A stretch of DNA of 45,512 nt, counting the filler, from Jimgerdemannia flammicorona (Eukaryota): the NCBI GenBank assembly GCA_003990765.1. It is 2 parts of 2 records of this genome, joined end to end, with 100 filler letters (N's around TTAATTAATTAA, not from the genome) between each part and the next. Parts side by side here need not be neighbours in the genome. Positions count along the whole stretch, not along the records: positions 22,807 to 45,512 come from RBNJ01001223.1; 1 more part is not named here. The stretch is one strand, 5' to 3'. The notes beneath the pieces were generated by a model that was not told where the DNA came from, made no database searches, and saw only the letters and a program-made list of their open reading frames with translations. The position numbers and the translations under genes are program-made. Shown here one piece after another: positions 33,975 to 44,947 of this stretch (within the stretch, counting starts at the first letter, position 1; every line of letters begins with the position of its first letter).

Positions 33975-35788
33975 ATGACCAACCACTGCACGGGGAAACT
34001 CGTCTCCATTATATCTGCCAACGATAGCACAACCCCCCTTTCCATCAGTAAACTTGGCGAGCTGTATTCCAAACACCACGGCGATGGCTTATGGAAAATT
34101 GCGCCCAAGCAATCCCTGGTCGCCTTCCTCTCTTGGTACCCCGAAATCTTTCAAGTTGATGGGGAAAAAGTTGCGTTGAACTCAACGCATGGAGAATTTG
34201 AGTGCCTATCCAGGCTGGAACAGATCCTCATCGAATTGACGACGAACGGCCCGGTAAACACATCCCTCCTGGGATGCCGGTACACGCTTTAAGACCAAAT
34301 ACTGGAAAAAGTCCTCGTGCAAGTCACTGCCGGCCTTCCTCGCCGAGCATCCTGACATGTTCCTCATCGATGGAGACAACGTGGAGATGGTGTCGACATA
34401 TGCGACAACTAGATGCGTGGCCAGGCTTGCGCAACTTTTGCGCGCGTGGAAGGGCCCTAACAAAGTGGATATATCGACCTTGGAAAGCTGGTACAGCCGG
34501 AATTTTGGGTCCGGGTATTGGAGGCAGCTTCCCGGCAAGACCCTCAAGTCGTTCTTGGCTCGCCATTCTAATGATTTTGTCGTTGATGGGAAAGAAGTCA
34601 CGCTGCGCATCACCGAAGCCCAATGCATCGCCAACCTTCGCAAGTTTCTGGAGTCCGCGTCCGGGAAGAAAATGATGTCATCCGAACTGGCCTCGTTATA
34701 CATAGCAAAATACAAGAACCGTGATTGGAAGACCTTGGGAAAACGATTCAAGACCTTCCTGAAGGAACATCCCAACGATTTCCTGTTCAACAAGCGCTGC
34801 TACGTTACTCTTGTCGCTCAAAAGTTCAAGGCATCTCACAATGACACTAATTCTAGCGAATTCAACGACCCCATTCCTGATTTAGCGCACCAAGTCGATG
34901 AAGCAGACGGTAACGGTGATTCGGTATCCCTCGACGGCTCCCTCCGGACTTCGACAACTGAATCATCCTCAACCCGGAAAGCATCATTCTGGGACGAGAG
35001 CGAAGAATCTACATGGACAACCTATAGCGTCGCTGACGACCTGCTAACTACGTCACCGTCAACAATCCTCCCCACCGCCGCCAAGCCCAAACCCGCTCCC
35101 ACCGCGTTCAGCCACCTCCACCCCCCGGCGCCTGAGTCACGGGATTGGCGCCCCGCTAGCCCGACCTTCAGCGTTGTCAACTTCCGTATAGCTGATATTC
35201 CTATGCCAAAGCCTGACAATCGCCCATCCATGGCGCACCACCGTCTCGAGCGAGATGTCGGAGTGCGACGACGCCGACGCCGATGCCGACGCCATGGGCG
35301 CTAGCTTACTGACGTTCTCTGATCTGACGCCCGAGCCACCGTTTTTAGAGCATGCGCGGCCCCCCCTCGTGCCCTCGTCCGACTCCCACGGTGCGAGCGG
35401 CGTGCGTGCTGCCGGTCCTTCCAAGGATCGTCACCACCTCGCGCTCGACGCATCGTGGGGTTTAGACGCGGAACGTCACGGCGCGGCGATTGGGATTGGG
35501 ATTGGGAATGGGATGGAGAAGAGGAGGAGCGAGTTGCATGAGAGGTTGAAGCAATCGGACCCGGCGAGTCACGTCGGGATCCTTGAGGGGTTGTTAGAAC
35601 TCGAGTGGCGGAGGAACGAGTTGGAACGGCGGAGGAATAGGGACGGGCGAGATAGGATTGCGCAGTTAGAGCACTTGGTCGTCGAGAGGGAGCAGGAAAT
35701 TGAGGAGTTGAGGGATAGGATTGACAGGATGGAGGAGGTGATGGTCTTGGAGGGAAGTATGCGTGGGCTGCGGTTGAATGTATACTAG
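33975..35788 (+). pseudogene. Array copy 4, frameshifted
   Basis: Split into ORFs 33975-34292, 34357-35304 and 35255-35788 by small deletions near 34285 and 35225. Confidence 0.8.
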
Positions 35789-36384
35789 ATGTAGTTTTAT
35801 GAATGTAGAATTTTTATAAAGAGAGACTGAGCTCGGTGTGCTCGTCCGCTTTTGAGACTCCGATTTCATGATCGCACTATTACAACACCGATCTGCGAAT
35901 ATGTCTTGATATTCCGAGTGTCCATTGTCCCGCTTGATCCCTTCCCCGATGCATGTTGCTTTACAGGCTCAGACGTTGCTGGTTCAGTATGTTGAATGGC
36001 ATGTAATGACCAACACATCCAATTCGTCGACCTCAAACACGAATGTCATTTTCTTTCTGAATTTATTTGCAAGCAATATTCACATATATTCCTCCCCTAT
36101 TTGTTTCTCCAAAAAAAAAAAAAAAAAAGGTGCAGACTTCAGTTACAAGCTTGGCGAAACGATTTGATGGATGAGCACAGAGCTCGGTCGACTTGGTCAG
36201 TACTGGCATAAATATAGTATGCGACGATCGAACTGCATTGCCGCTCTAAATGCGAGAGTATAAATAACCATCTCTCCGGTCAAGACGCGTCATCCCACAT
36301 GGGATGTAACGCCAAGTCACGTGGTTTGACAGTACCAAAGAGCCGATTTTTTTTTTTCCTTTGACCAATTTCCTTGACCAAGAA

Positions 36385-38145
36385 ATGACCAACTACTGCA
36401 CAAGAGAACTCGTTGCCATTCTCTGCGCCCGCGAGGACACAGCCCCCCTAGCCATCAGCAAGCTTTGCGAGCTGTACACCGAAAAGCACGGCGATGGCTT
36501 ATGGAAGTTGGCGCCTAAGCGAACCCTATCCCTGTTCCTCTCTTCGTATCCCGAAATCTTTCATATTGGCGGGGAAAACGTTGCGTTGAACCCAACGCAT
36601 GGAGAATTTGAGTGCCTATTCAGGCTGAAACAGCTCCTCATCGAATTGACGGCGAACGGCCCGATAAACATATCCCTTCTGGGATCCCGATACAAAGAAC
36701 GCTTTGGAGAGAGGCCCTCGAACAAGTCGCTGCCGGCCTTCCTCGCCGAGCATCCTGACATGTTCTTCATCGATGGAAGCAATGTAGAGCTGGTGTCAAC
36801 GTATGCGACAACTAGATGCGTGACCAGGCTTACGAAACTTTTGCACGGGTGGTGGGGCCTCAAGAAAGTGGATATATCGACTTTGGAAGACTGGTACAGC
36901 CGGAATTTTGGGGCTGGGTATTGGAAGCTTTCAGGCGAAACCCTCGAGTCGTTCTTGGCTCGCCATTCCAATGATTTTGTCTTTGACGGGAAACAAGTCT
37001 CATTACGCATCACTGAAGCCAAATGCGCCGCCAACCTTCGCCAGCTTCTGAAGTCCGCGTCCGGGAAGTCATCCGAGGTGAGGTCATCCGATCTGGCCGC
37101 GTTATACATAGCAAAATACAAGAACCGTGATTGGAAGACCTTGGGAAAAGATTTCGAGGCCTTCCTGAAGGAACACCCCAACGATTTCCGGTTCACCAAG
37201 CGCGACTACATTACTCTTGTCGATCGAATCTCCACCGTATCTCACAATGACACTAATTCTAGCGACTTCAATGACCCCATCCCTGCTTTAACTCGCCAAG
37301 TCGATGATGCAGACGGTAACGGTGATTCGGTATCCTTCAACGGCTCCCTCCAGACCTCGGCAACTGAATCATCCTTACCCCGGAAATCATCATTCTGGGA
37401 CGAGAGCGAAGTTCGCCCCGCTGCCGCCAAGCCCAAGCCCAACCCCGTTCCCACCATGTCCAGCCACTTCCATCCCCCGGCGGCCGAGCCATGGGAACGG
37501 CGTCCCGCAAGCCCGGCCGTCAGCGTTGTCAACTTCCGTATATCTGATATTACTATGCCAAAGCCTGACAATCGCACCTGTGCGCGGCGTACCACCACCT
37601 CGAGCGAGACATCGGAGTGCGACGACGCCGACGCTGGCGAACTGAAGTTCTCTGATCTGGCGCCCCAGTCGCCGTTTTTAGAGCACGCGCGGCCCCCCCT
37701 CGTGCCCTCGTCTGACTCCCATGTTGCGTGCGGCGTACGTGCTGCCGGTCCTTCCAAGGATCGTCACCACCTCGCGCTTGACACGTCGTGGGATTTAGAC
37801 GCGGAACGTGGCGGCGCGGCGATTGGGATTGGGATTGGGATTGGGATTCGGAATGGGAATGGGAATGGGATAGGGAGGAGGAAGAGCGGGTTGCATGAGA
37901 GATTGAAGCAGTCGGACCCGGCAAGTCGCGTCGAGATCCTTGAGGGGTTGTTGGAACTCGAGCAGCGGAGGAACGAGCTGGAACGGCGGAGGAATAGGGA
38001 CACGCGAGATAGGATTACGGAGTTGGAGCACTTGGTCGTCGAGAAGGAGCAGGAGGCTGAAGAGTTGAGGGATAGGATTAACAGGATGGAGGAGATGATG
38101 GTCTTGGAGGGTAGTATGCGTGGGCTTGAGTTGAATGTATACTAG
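36385..38145 (+). CDS. Array copy 5 (586 aa)
   Basis: Intact paralogue with an expanded (GI/GN)n tract. Confidence 0.85.
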   Translation: MTNYCTRELVAILCAREDTAPLAISKLCELYTEKHGDGLWKLAPKRTLSLFLSSYPEIFHIGGENVALNPTHGEFECLFRLKQLLIELTANGPINISLLGSRYKERFGERPSNKSLPAFLAEHPDMFFIDGSNVELVSTYATTRCVTRLTKLLHGWWGLKKVDISTLEDWYSRNFGAGYWKLSGETLESFLARHSNDFVFDGKQVSLRITEAKCAANLRQLLKSASGKSSEVRSSDLAALYIAKYKNRDWKTLGKDFEAFLKEHPNDFRFTKRDYITLVDRISTVSHNDTNSSDFNDPIPALTRQVDDADGNGDSVSFNGSLQTSATESSLPRKSSFWDESEVRPAAAKPKPNPVPTMSSHFHPPAAEPWERRPASPAVSVVNFRISDITMPKPDNRTCARRTTTSSETSECDDADAGELKFSDLAPQSPFLEHARPPLVPSSDSHVACGVRAAGPSKDRHHLALDTSWDLDAERGGAAIGIGIGIGIRNGNGNGIGRRKSGLHERLKQSDPASRVEILEGLLELEQRRNELERRRNRDTRDRITELEHLVVEKEQEAEELRDRINRMEEMMVLEGSMRGLELNVY

Positions 38146-38732
38146 GTAGGATTTTGAATGCAAATAGTTGAAGGGAGAACGAGCTCAGTGTGCTTGGGAC
38201 TCCAATTTCATGATCGTACTACAACAACACCGATCTGGCCCGTGAAAGAAATATGTCTTGATATTCCTCCCGCAGAATCCCTTCCCCGATGCGTCTTGCT
38301 TTGCACAGGCTTAGATCTGTGCAGACGTTGCCGTATGTTGGCCATCGCGCCGGGATATGTCATGGGGATTCGAAGAGGAAACCTAGAATCGTTGCTGATC
38401 GGGACAGTGTGTGTCGAAATGGCATGTGACCGACCAACACATCCATCATCCAATTCATCGATCTCAAGCATGAATGGCATTCGCTTTCTGAATTTATTGC
38501 AAGTAACACTGATAGCCCTCTTTTTGTCTCTCTTTCAAAAAAAAAAAAAATGCTGCAGACTTCAGTTACAAGCTTGGCGTAACGATTTGATGGATGGGTA
38601 TAGAGCTCGGCTTCGATAGTTGACGGTCAAGACGCGTTTTCTCCCAATTAATTATGATTGGGTGACATAACGCCAAGTCACGTGCCTCGATGATAACAAT
38701 CCGACTTGTCCTTTTTCCCAAACCAAAAAAAA

Positions 38733-40451
38733 ATGACCAACTACTCTACGGGGAAACTCGTCGCCCTTATATCTGCCAACGAGAGCACAGTTCCTCTTGC
38801 CATCAGCAAGCTTGGCGAGCTGTACTACAAATGCCACGGTGATGGCTTATGGAAGTTTGCGCCCAAGCGAACCCTGCCCACCTTCCTCTCTTCATATCCC
38901 GAACTTTTTCATGTTGACGGGGAAAGCGTCGCGTTGAACCCAACGTATCAAGAATCTGAGTGTCTATCCAGGCTGGAACAAATCCTCATCGAATTGACGA
39001 CGAGCGGCCCCGTAAACATATCCCTTCTGAGATCTCGGTACGGAGAACGTTTTGGGAAACGGTTCTCGCGCAAGTCGCTGCCGGCCTTCCTCGCCAAGCA
39101 TCCTGACATGTTCCTCATCGATGGAAGCAACGTGGAGATGGTGTCGACGTATGCGACAACTAAATGCGTGGTCAGGCTTGCGCAACTTTTGCACGCGTGC
39201 AAGGGCCCCAAGAAACTGGATATATCGATCTTGGAAGGCTGGTACAAACGAAATTTTGGGCCCGGGTATTGGAGGCAGCTTCCCGGCGAAACCCTCAAGT
39301 TGCTCTTGGCTCACCATTCCAATGATTTTATCGTTGATGGGGATGAAGTCGCGCTGCGCATCTCCGAGGCCCAGTGCGTCGCCAACCTTCGCCAGATTCT
39401 GGAGTCCCGGAAGAGATTGCAGTTATCCGATCTGGCCTCGATATACATAGCAAAACACGGGAACCGTGATTGGAAGACTTTGGGAAAGGATTTCGAGGCC
39501 TTCTTGAAGGAACATCCCAACGATTTCCGGCTCACTAAGCGCGGTCACATTACTTTTGTCGCTAAGTCATCTCACAATGGCACGAATTCTAGCAAATTCA
39601 ACGATCCCAACCCTAATTTAACGCACCAAGTCGATAATGAAGACGGTAACGGTGATTCGGTATCTCTAAACGGCTCCCTCCGAACCTCGACAACTGAATC
39701 ATCCTCAACCCGGAAAGCATCATTCTGGGACGACAGCGAAGAATCTACATGTACGTCACCGTCAACAATTCTCCCCGCCGCCGCCGAGCTCAAACCCACT
39801 CCCACCGCGTTCAGCCACTTCTACCCCCCGGCGCCCGAGCCATGGGAACGGCGTCCCGCAAGCCCGGCTGTCAGCGTCGTCAACTTCCGTATATCTGATA
39901 TTCCTATGCCAAATCCTGACAATCGCGCCCGTCCGTGGCGCACCACCGTCTCGAGCGAGACATCGGAGCACGACGACGCCGATGCCGACGTCGACTTACT
40001 GACGTTCTCTGATCTGATATCCGAGTCGCCCCCTCCCGTACCCTCGTCCGACTCCCATGGTGCGTACGGCGTGCGTGCTGCCGGTCCCCCCAAGGATCGT
40101 CACCACCTCGCGCTCGACGCGTCGTGGGATTTAGACGCGGAACGTGGCGGCGCGGCGATTGGGATTGGGAATGGGATGAAGAGGAGGAGAAGCGGGTTGC
40201 ATGAGGGATTGAAGCAGTCGGACCCGGCGAGGCGCGTTGGGATCCTTGAGGGGTTATTGGAACTCGAGCAGCGGAGGAACGAGATGGAACGGCGAAAGAA
40301 TAGGGACGCGCGATATAGGGTTGCGGAGTTGGAGCGCTTGGTCGTCGAGAGGGAGCAGGTGATTGAGGAGTTGAGGGATAAGTTTGACAGAATGGAGGAG
40401 ATGATGGTCTTGGGAGGAAGTATGCATGGGCTGGAGTTGAATTCATACTAG
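38733..40451 (+). CDS. Array copy 6 (572 aa)
   Basis: Intact paralogue. Confidence 0.85.
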   Translation: MTNYSTGKLVALISANESTVPLAISKLGELYYKCHGDGLWKFAPKRTLPTFLSSYPELFHVDGESVALNPTYQESECLSRLEQILIELTTSGPVNISLLRSRYGERFGKRFSRKSLPAFLAKHPDMFLIDGSNVEMVSTYATTKCVVRLAQLLHACKGPKKLDISILEGWYKRNFGPGYWRQLPGETLKLLLAHHSNDFIVDGDEVALRISEAQCVANLRQILESRKRLQLSDLASIYIAKHGNRDWKTLGKDFEAFLKEHPNDFRLTKRGHITFVAKSSHNGTNSSKFNDPNPNLTHQVDNEDGNGDSVSLNGSLRTSTTESSSTRKASFWDDSEESTCTSPSTILPAAAELKPTPTAFSHFYPPAPEPWERRPASPAVSVVNFRISDIPMPNPDNRARPWRTTVSSETSEHDDADADVDLLTFSDLISESPPPVPSSDSHGAYGVRAAGPPKDRHHLALDASWDLDAERGGAAIGIGNGMKRRRSGLHEGLKQSDPARRVGILEGLLELEQRRNEMERRKNRDARYRVAELERLVVEREQVIEELRDKFDRMEEMMVLGGSMHGLELNSY

Positions 40452-41041
40452 ATGTAGGTTTACGGATGATGAAGGGAAAATGGGCTCAGTATGCTCGTCC
40501 GCTTTTGGAACTCCAATTTCATGATCGTACAACACCGATCTGCGCATATCCCGAGGAGAATGAAGGGAACATATCTTAATATCCAGAGTATCCGTTGATC
40601 CCGCTTGATCCCATCGAATTCATTCGCTTTTTGAATTTATTGGCAAGAAATACCGATAGTATAATTATTCCCTTTTTGTCTCTCTTTCAAAATAAATATA
40701 TATATAAATAAAATAAAATAAAATAAAAAATGCTACAAAATTCAGTTACAGCATTGCTTGCTGGATGTTTCAAGCTTGGCATAGATGGGCACAGCTCGGT
40801 CAACTTGGTCAGTACTATAGTATGCGGCTGTGTGGCGATTGGATTGTAATGCTGCTCAAAATGCGAGAGTATGGATCTCTCTCTCTCTCTCTCTCCGCTT
40901 GCTTCAATACTCGACGGTCAAGACGCCTCCTTCCAATTAAGTATGATTGCGTGACGACATGAGATATAACGCCAAGAGTCATGTGCCTTGACGATACCAA
41001 AAACTCAACAATCCGACCTCTATTTTTTCCCTGGCCAAAAA

Positions 41042-42649
41042 ATGACCAACCACTGCACAAGAGAACTCGTTACCATTCTCTGCGCTCACGAGGACGCAGT
41101 CCCCCTTACCGTCAGCAAGCTTCGCGAACTGTACACCAAACAACACGGCGATGGCTTATGGAAGGAGCCCAAGCGACCCATGCGCGTCTTCCTCTCTTCG
41201 TATCCCGAAATCTTTCATATTGACGGGCAAAACGTCACGTTGAACCCAACGCATGAAGAATCTCTCTGCCTATACGGGCTGGAACAGATCCTCATCGAAT
41301 TGGTGGCGAACGGCCCGGTAAACATATCTGTCCTGGGATCCCGGTACACAGAACGCTTTGAGACCGTATACTGGGAGCAATCTTCGCAAAAGACCCTGCC
41401 AGTCTTCCTCGCCGAGCATCCTGAAATGTTCTTCATCGATGAAAGCAATGTAGAGCTGGTGTCGGCGTATGCGGAGACTAGGTGCGTGGCCAGGCTTGCG
41501 AAACTTTTGGACTTGGGGTGGAGACTCAACAAAGTAAATATATCGACTTTGGAAGGCTGGTACGACCGGGAATTTGGGCCCGGGTATTGGAAGCAGCTTC
41601 GCGGCAAGACCCTCAAGTCGTTCTTGGTTCGCCATTCCAATGATTTTGTTATTGAAGGGAAAAGAGTCACGCCGCGCATTACCGAAGCCCAATGCGTCGA
41701 CAACTTTCGCCTCGTTCTGAAATCCGCATTTCGGAAGGGGAAGTCATCCGAGGTGAAATTGTCCGATCTGGCCTCGTTATACACGGCAAGATACAGGAAC
41801 CTTGATTGGAAGAACTTTGGAAAAGAAATTGAAGACTTCCTGAAGGAACACCCCAACGATTTCCGGTTCACCGAGCCCGATATCATTACCCTTGTCAATC
41901 AAAACTCCACCGCATCTCACAATGACATTAATTCTAGTGAATTCAACGACCCCATCCCCGATTTAACGCACCAAGTCGATGATGCAGACGGTAACGGTGA
42001 TTCGGTATCCCTCGACGGCTCCCTCCGGACCTCGATAACTGAATCATCCTCAACCCGGAAAGCATCATTCTGGGACGAGGGCGAAGAATCTACATGTACA
42101 TCACCGTCAACAATTCTCCCCGCCGCCACCGAGCCCAACCCAGCCCCCACCGCGTTCAGCCACCTCCACCCCCTGGCGCCCGAGCTATGGAAACGGTCGT
42201 TTTTAGAGCACGCGCGGCCCCCCCTCGTGCCCTCGTCCGACTCCCATGGTGCGTACGGCGTGCGTGCTGCCGGTCCTTCCAACGATCGTCACCACCACCT
42301 CGCGCTCAACGCGTCGTGGGGTTTAGACGCGGAACGTGGCGACGCGGCGATTGGGATTGGGATTGGGAATGGGATGGAGAGGAGGAAGAGCGGGTTGCAT
42401 GAGAGGTTGCAGCAATCGGACCCGGCGAGTCGCGTCGGGATCCTTGAGGGGTTGTTGGAACTCGAGCGGCGGAGGAACGAGATGGAACGGCGGAAGAATA
42501 GGAACGGGCGAGATAGGATTGCGGAGTTGGAGCGCTTGGTCGTGAAGAGGGAGCAGGAGATTGAGGAGTTGAGGGATAGGATTGACAGGATGGAGGAGAT
42601 GATGGTCTTGGAGGGAAATATGCGTGGGCTGCAGCTGAATGCATACTAG
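41042..42649 (+). CDS. Array copy 7 (535 aa)
   Basis: Intact paralogue with an in-frame linker deletion (WKR|SFLEHARPP) near 42197. Confidence 0.85.
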   Translation: MTNHCTRELVTILCAHEDAVPLTVSKLRELYTKQHGDGLWKEPKRPMRVFLSSYPEIFHIDGQNVTLNPTHEESLCLYGLEQILIELVANGPVNISVLGSRYTERFETVYWEQSSQKTLPVFLAEHPEMFFIDESNVELVSAYAETRCVARLAKLLDLGWRLNKVNISTLEGWYDREFGPGYWKQLRGKTLKSFLVRHSNDFVIEGKRVTPRITEAQCVDNFRLVLKSAFRKGKSSEVKLSDLASLYTARYRNLDWKNFGKEIEDFLKEHPNDFRFTEPDIITLVNQNSTASHNDINSSEFNDPIPDLTHQVDDADGNGDSVSLDGSLRTSITESSSTRKASFWDEGEESTCTSPSTILPAATEPNPAPTAFSHLHPLAPELWKRSFLEHARPPLVPSSDSHGAYGVRAAGPSNDRHHHLALNASWGLDAERGDAAIGIGIGNGMERRKSGLHERLQQSDPASRVGILEGLLELERRRNEMERRKNRNGRDRIAELERLVVKREQEIEELRDRIDRMEEMMVLEGNMRGLQLNAY

Positions 42650-43217
42650 ATGTGGTTTTTACGGATGTAGGAATTTGAATGCAAACAGATGAAGGGAGAA
42701 CGAGCTCAGTATGCTTGGGACAACACCGATCTGGCTCTGAAGGGAATATGTCTTAATATCCCGAGTGTCCGTTGATATGTTTGATCCCAATTCATTCGCT
42801 TTTGAATTTATTTGCAAGCAATACCGATATTATATAATTATCCCCCTTTTATCTCTCTCTTTCAATAAAATAAATAAAATAAAAATGCTGCAGAATTCAG
42901 TTACAGCATCGCTTGCTGGATGTCTCAAGCTTGGCATGGATGCCACAGCTTGGTCAACTTGGTCAGTGCTATAGTATGCGGCTGTGTGACAATGGATTGC
43001 AATGCTTCTCAAAATGCGAGAGTATGGATCTCCCTCATGGAGCCTTCTCTCCGTCCATCGCTTGCTTCGATACTTGACGGTCAGGACTTGACATCCCCTT
43101 CCAATTAAGTATATGATTAGGTGACGACATGGGATATAACGCCAAGAGTCATGTGTCTTGGCGATACCAAAAGCTCAACAATCTGACTTTTATTTTTTTT
43201 TTTCCCTTGGTCAAAAA

Positions 43218-44947
43218 ATGCCCAACCACTGCACAAGAGAACTCGTTGCCATTCTCTGCGCCCACGAGGACACAGCCCCCCTTACCGTCAGCAAGCTTCG
43301 CAAGCTGTACACCAAACAACACGGCGATGGCTTATGGAAGGAGCCCAAGCGACCCATGCGCGTCTTCCTCTCTTCGTATCCCGAAATCTTTCGTATTGTC
43401 GGGCAACACGTCACGTTGAACCCAACACATGAAGAATTTGAGTGCCTACACGGGCTGGAACAGATCATCATCGAATTGGCGGCGAACGGCCCGGTAAATA
43501 TATCTATCCTGGAATCCCGGCACACGGAACGCTTTGGGACCGTATACTGGGAGCAATCTTCGCAAAAGACCCTGCCAGTCTTCCTCGCCGAGCATCCTGA
43601 AATGTTCTTCATCGATGGAAGCAACGTAGAGCTGGTGTCGGCGTATGCGGAGACTAGGTGCGTGGCCAGGCTTGCGAAACTTTTGGACTTGGGGGTGGAG
43701 ACTCAACAAAGTAAATATATCGACTTTGGAAGGCTGGTACGACCAGGAATTTGGGGCAGGGTATTGGAAGCAGCTTCGCGGCAAGACCCTCCGGTCGTTC
43801 TTGGTTCGCCATTCCAATGATTTTGTTATTGAAGGGAAAAGAGTCACGCTGCGCGTCACCGAAGCCCAATGCGTCGACAACTCAACTTTCGTCTGGTTCT
43901 TAAGTCCGCGTCTCGGAATCCGAGGTGAAATTGTCCGATCTGGCCTCGTTATACATGGCAAGATACAGGAACCTTGATTGGAAAGGAAATTGAGGACTTC
44001 CTGAAGGAATATCCCAACGATTTCCAGTTCACCGAACCCGATATCATTACCCTTGTCAATCGAAACTCCAAGTCATCTCACAATATCACGAATTCTAGCG
44101 AATTCAACGACCCCAACTCTAATTTAACGCACCAAGTCGATGATGCAGACGGTAATGGTGATTCGGTATCCCTCGACGGTTCCCTCCGGACCTCGACAAC
44201 TGAATCGTCCTCAACCCGGAAAGCATCATTCTGGAAGTTCTCTCCGCCGCCGCCAAGCCCAAGCCCATCCCCGTTCCGACCGTGTCCAGCCACTTCCACC
44301 CCCCAGCGCCCGAGCCATGGGAACGGCGTCCCACAAGCCCGGCCGTCAGCGTTGTCAACTTCCGTATATCTGATATTACTATGCCAAAGCCTGACAATCG
44401 CACCCGTGCATGGCGTACCACCGTCTCGAGCGAGACATCGGAGTGCGACGACGCCGACGCCGACGAACTGGGGTTCTTTGATCTGGTGCCCAAGTCGCCG
44501 TTTTTAGAGCACGCGCGGGCCTCCCTCGTGCCTTCGTCCGACTCCCATGGTGCGTGCGGCGTGCGTGCTGCCGATTCTTCTAAGGGTCGTCACCACCTCG
44601 CGCTCGACGCTTCGTGGGGTTTAGACGCGGAACGTGGCGACGCGGCGATAGGGATTGGGATTGGAAATGGAACGGGGTGGAGGAAGAGCGGGTTGCATGA
44701 GAGGTTGAAGCAATCGGACCCGGCGAGTCGCGTCGGGATCCTTGAGGGGTTGTTAGAACTCGAGCGGCGGAGGAACGAGATGGAACGGCGGAAGAATAGA
44801 GACGCGCGAGATAGGATTGTGGAGTTGGAGCGCTTGGTCGTGAAGAGGGAGCGGGAGATTGAGGAGTTGAGGGATAGGATTGACAGGATGGAGGAAATGA
44901 TGGTCTTGGAGGGAAATATGCGTGGGCTGCAGTTGAATGCATACTAG
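43218..44947 (+). pseudogene. Array copy 8, multiply frameshifted
   Basis: Extra G at ~43691 relative to copy 7, CAACT duplication at ~43880, further indels near 43910-43980 and ~44237. Confidence 0.8.

Noticed and set aside
26890..43961. Recurrent antisense ORFs of up to ~230 aa over the array genes
   Set aside because: Shadow frames expected from GC-rich codon usage; broken at different places in different copies; often non-ATG starts.
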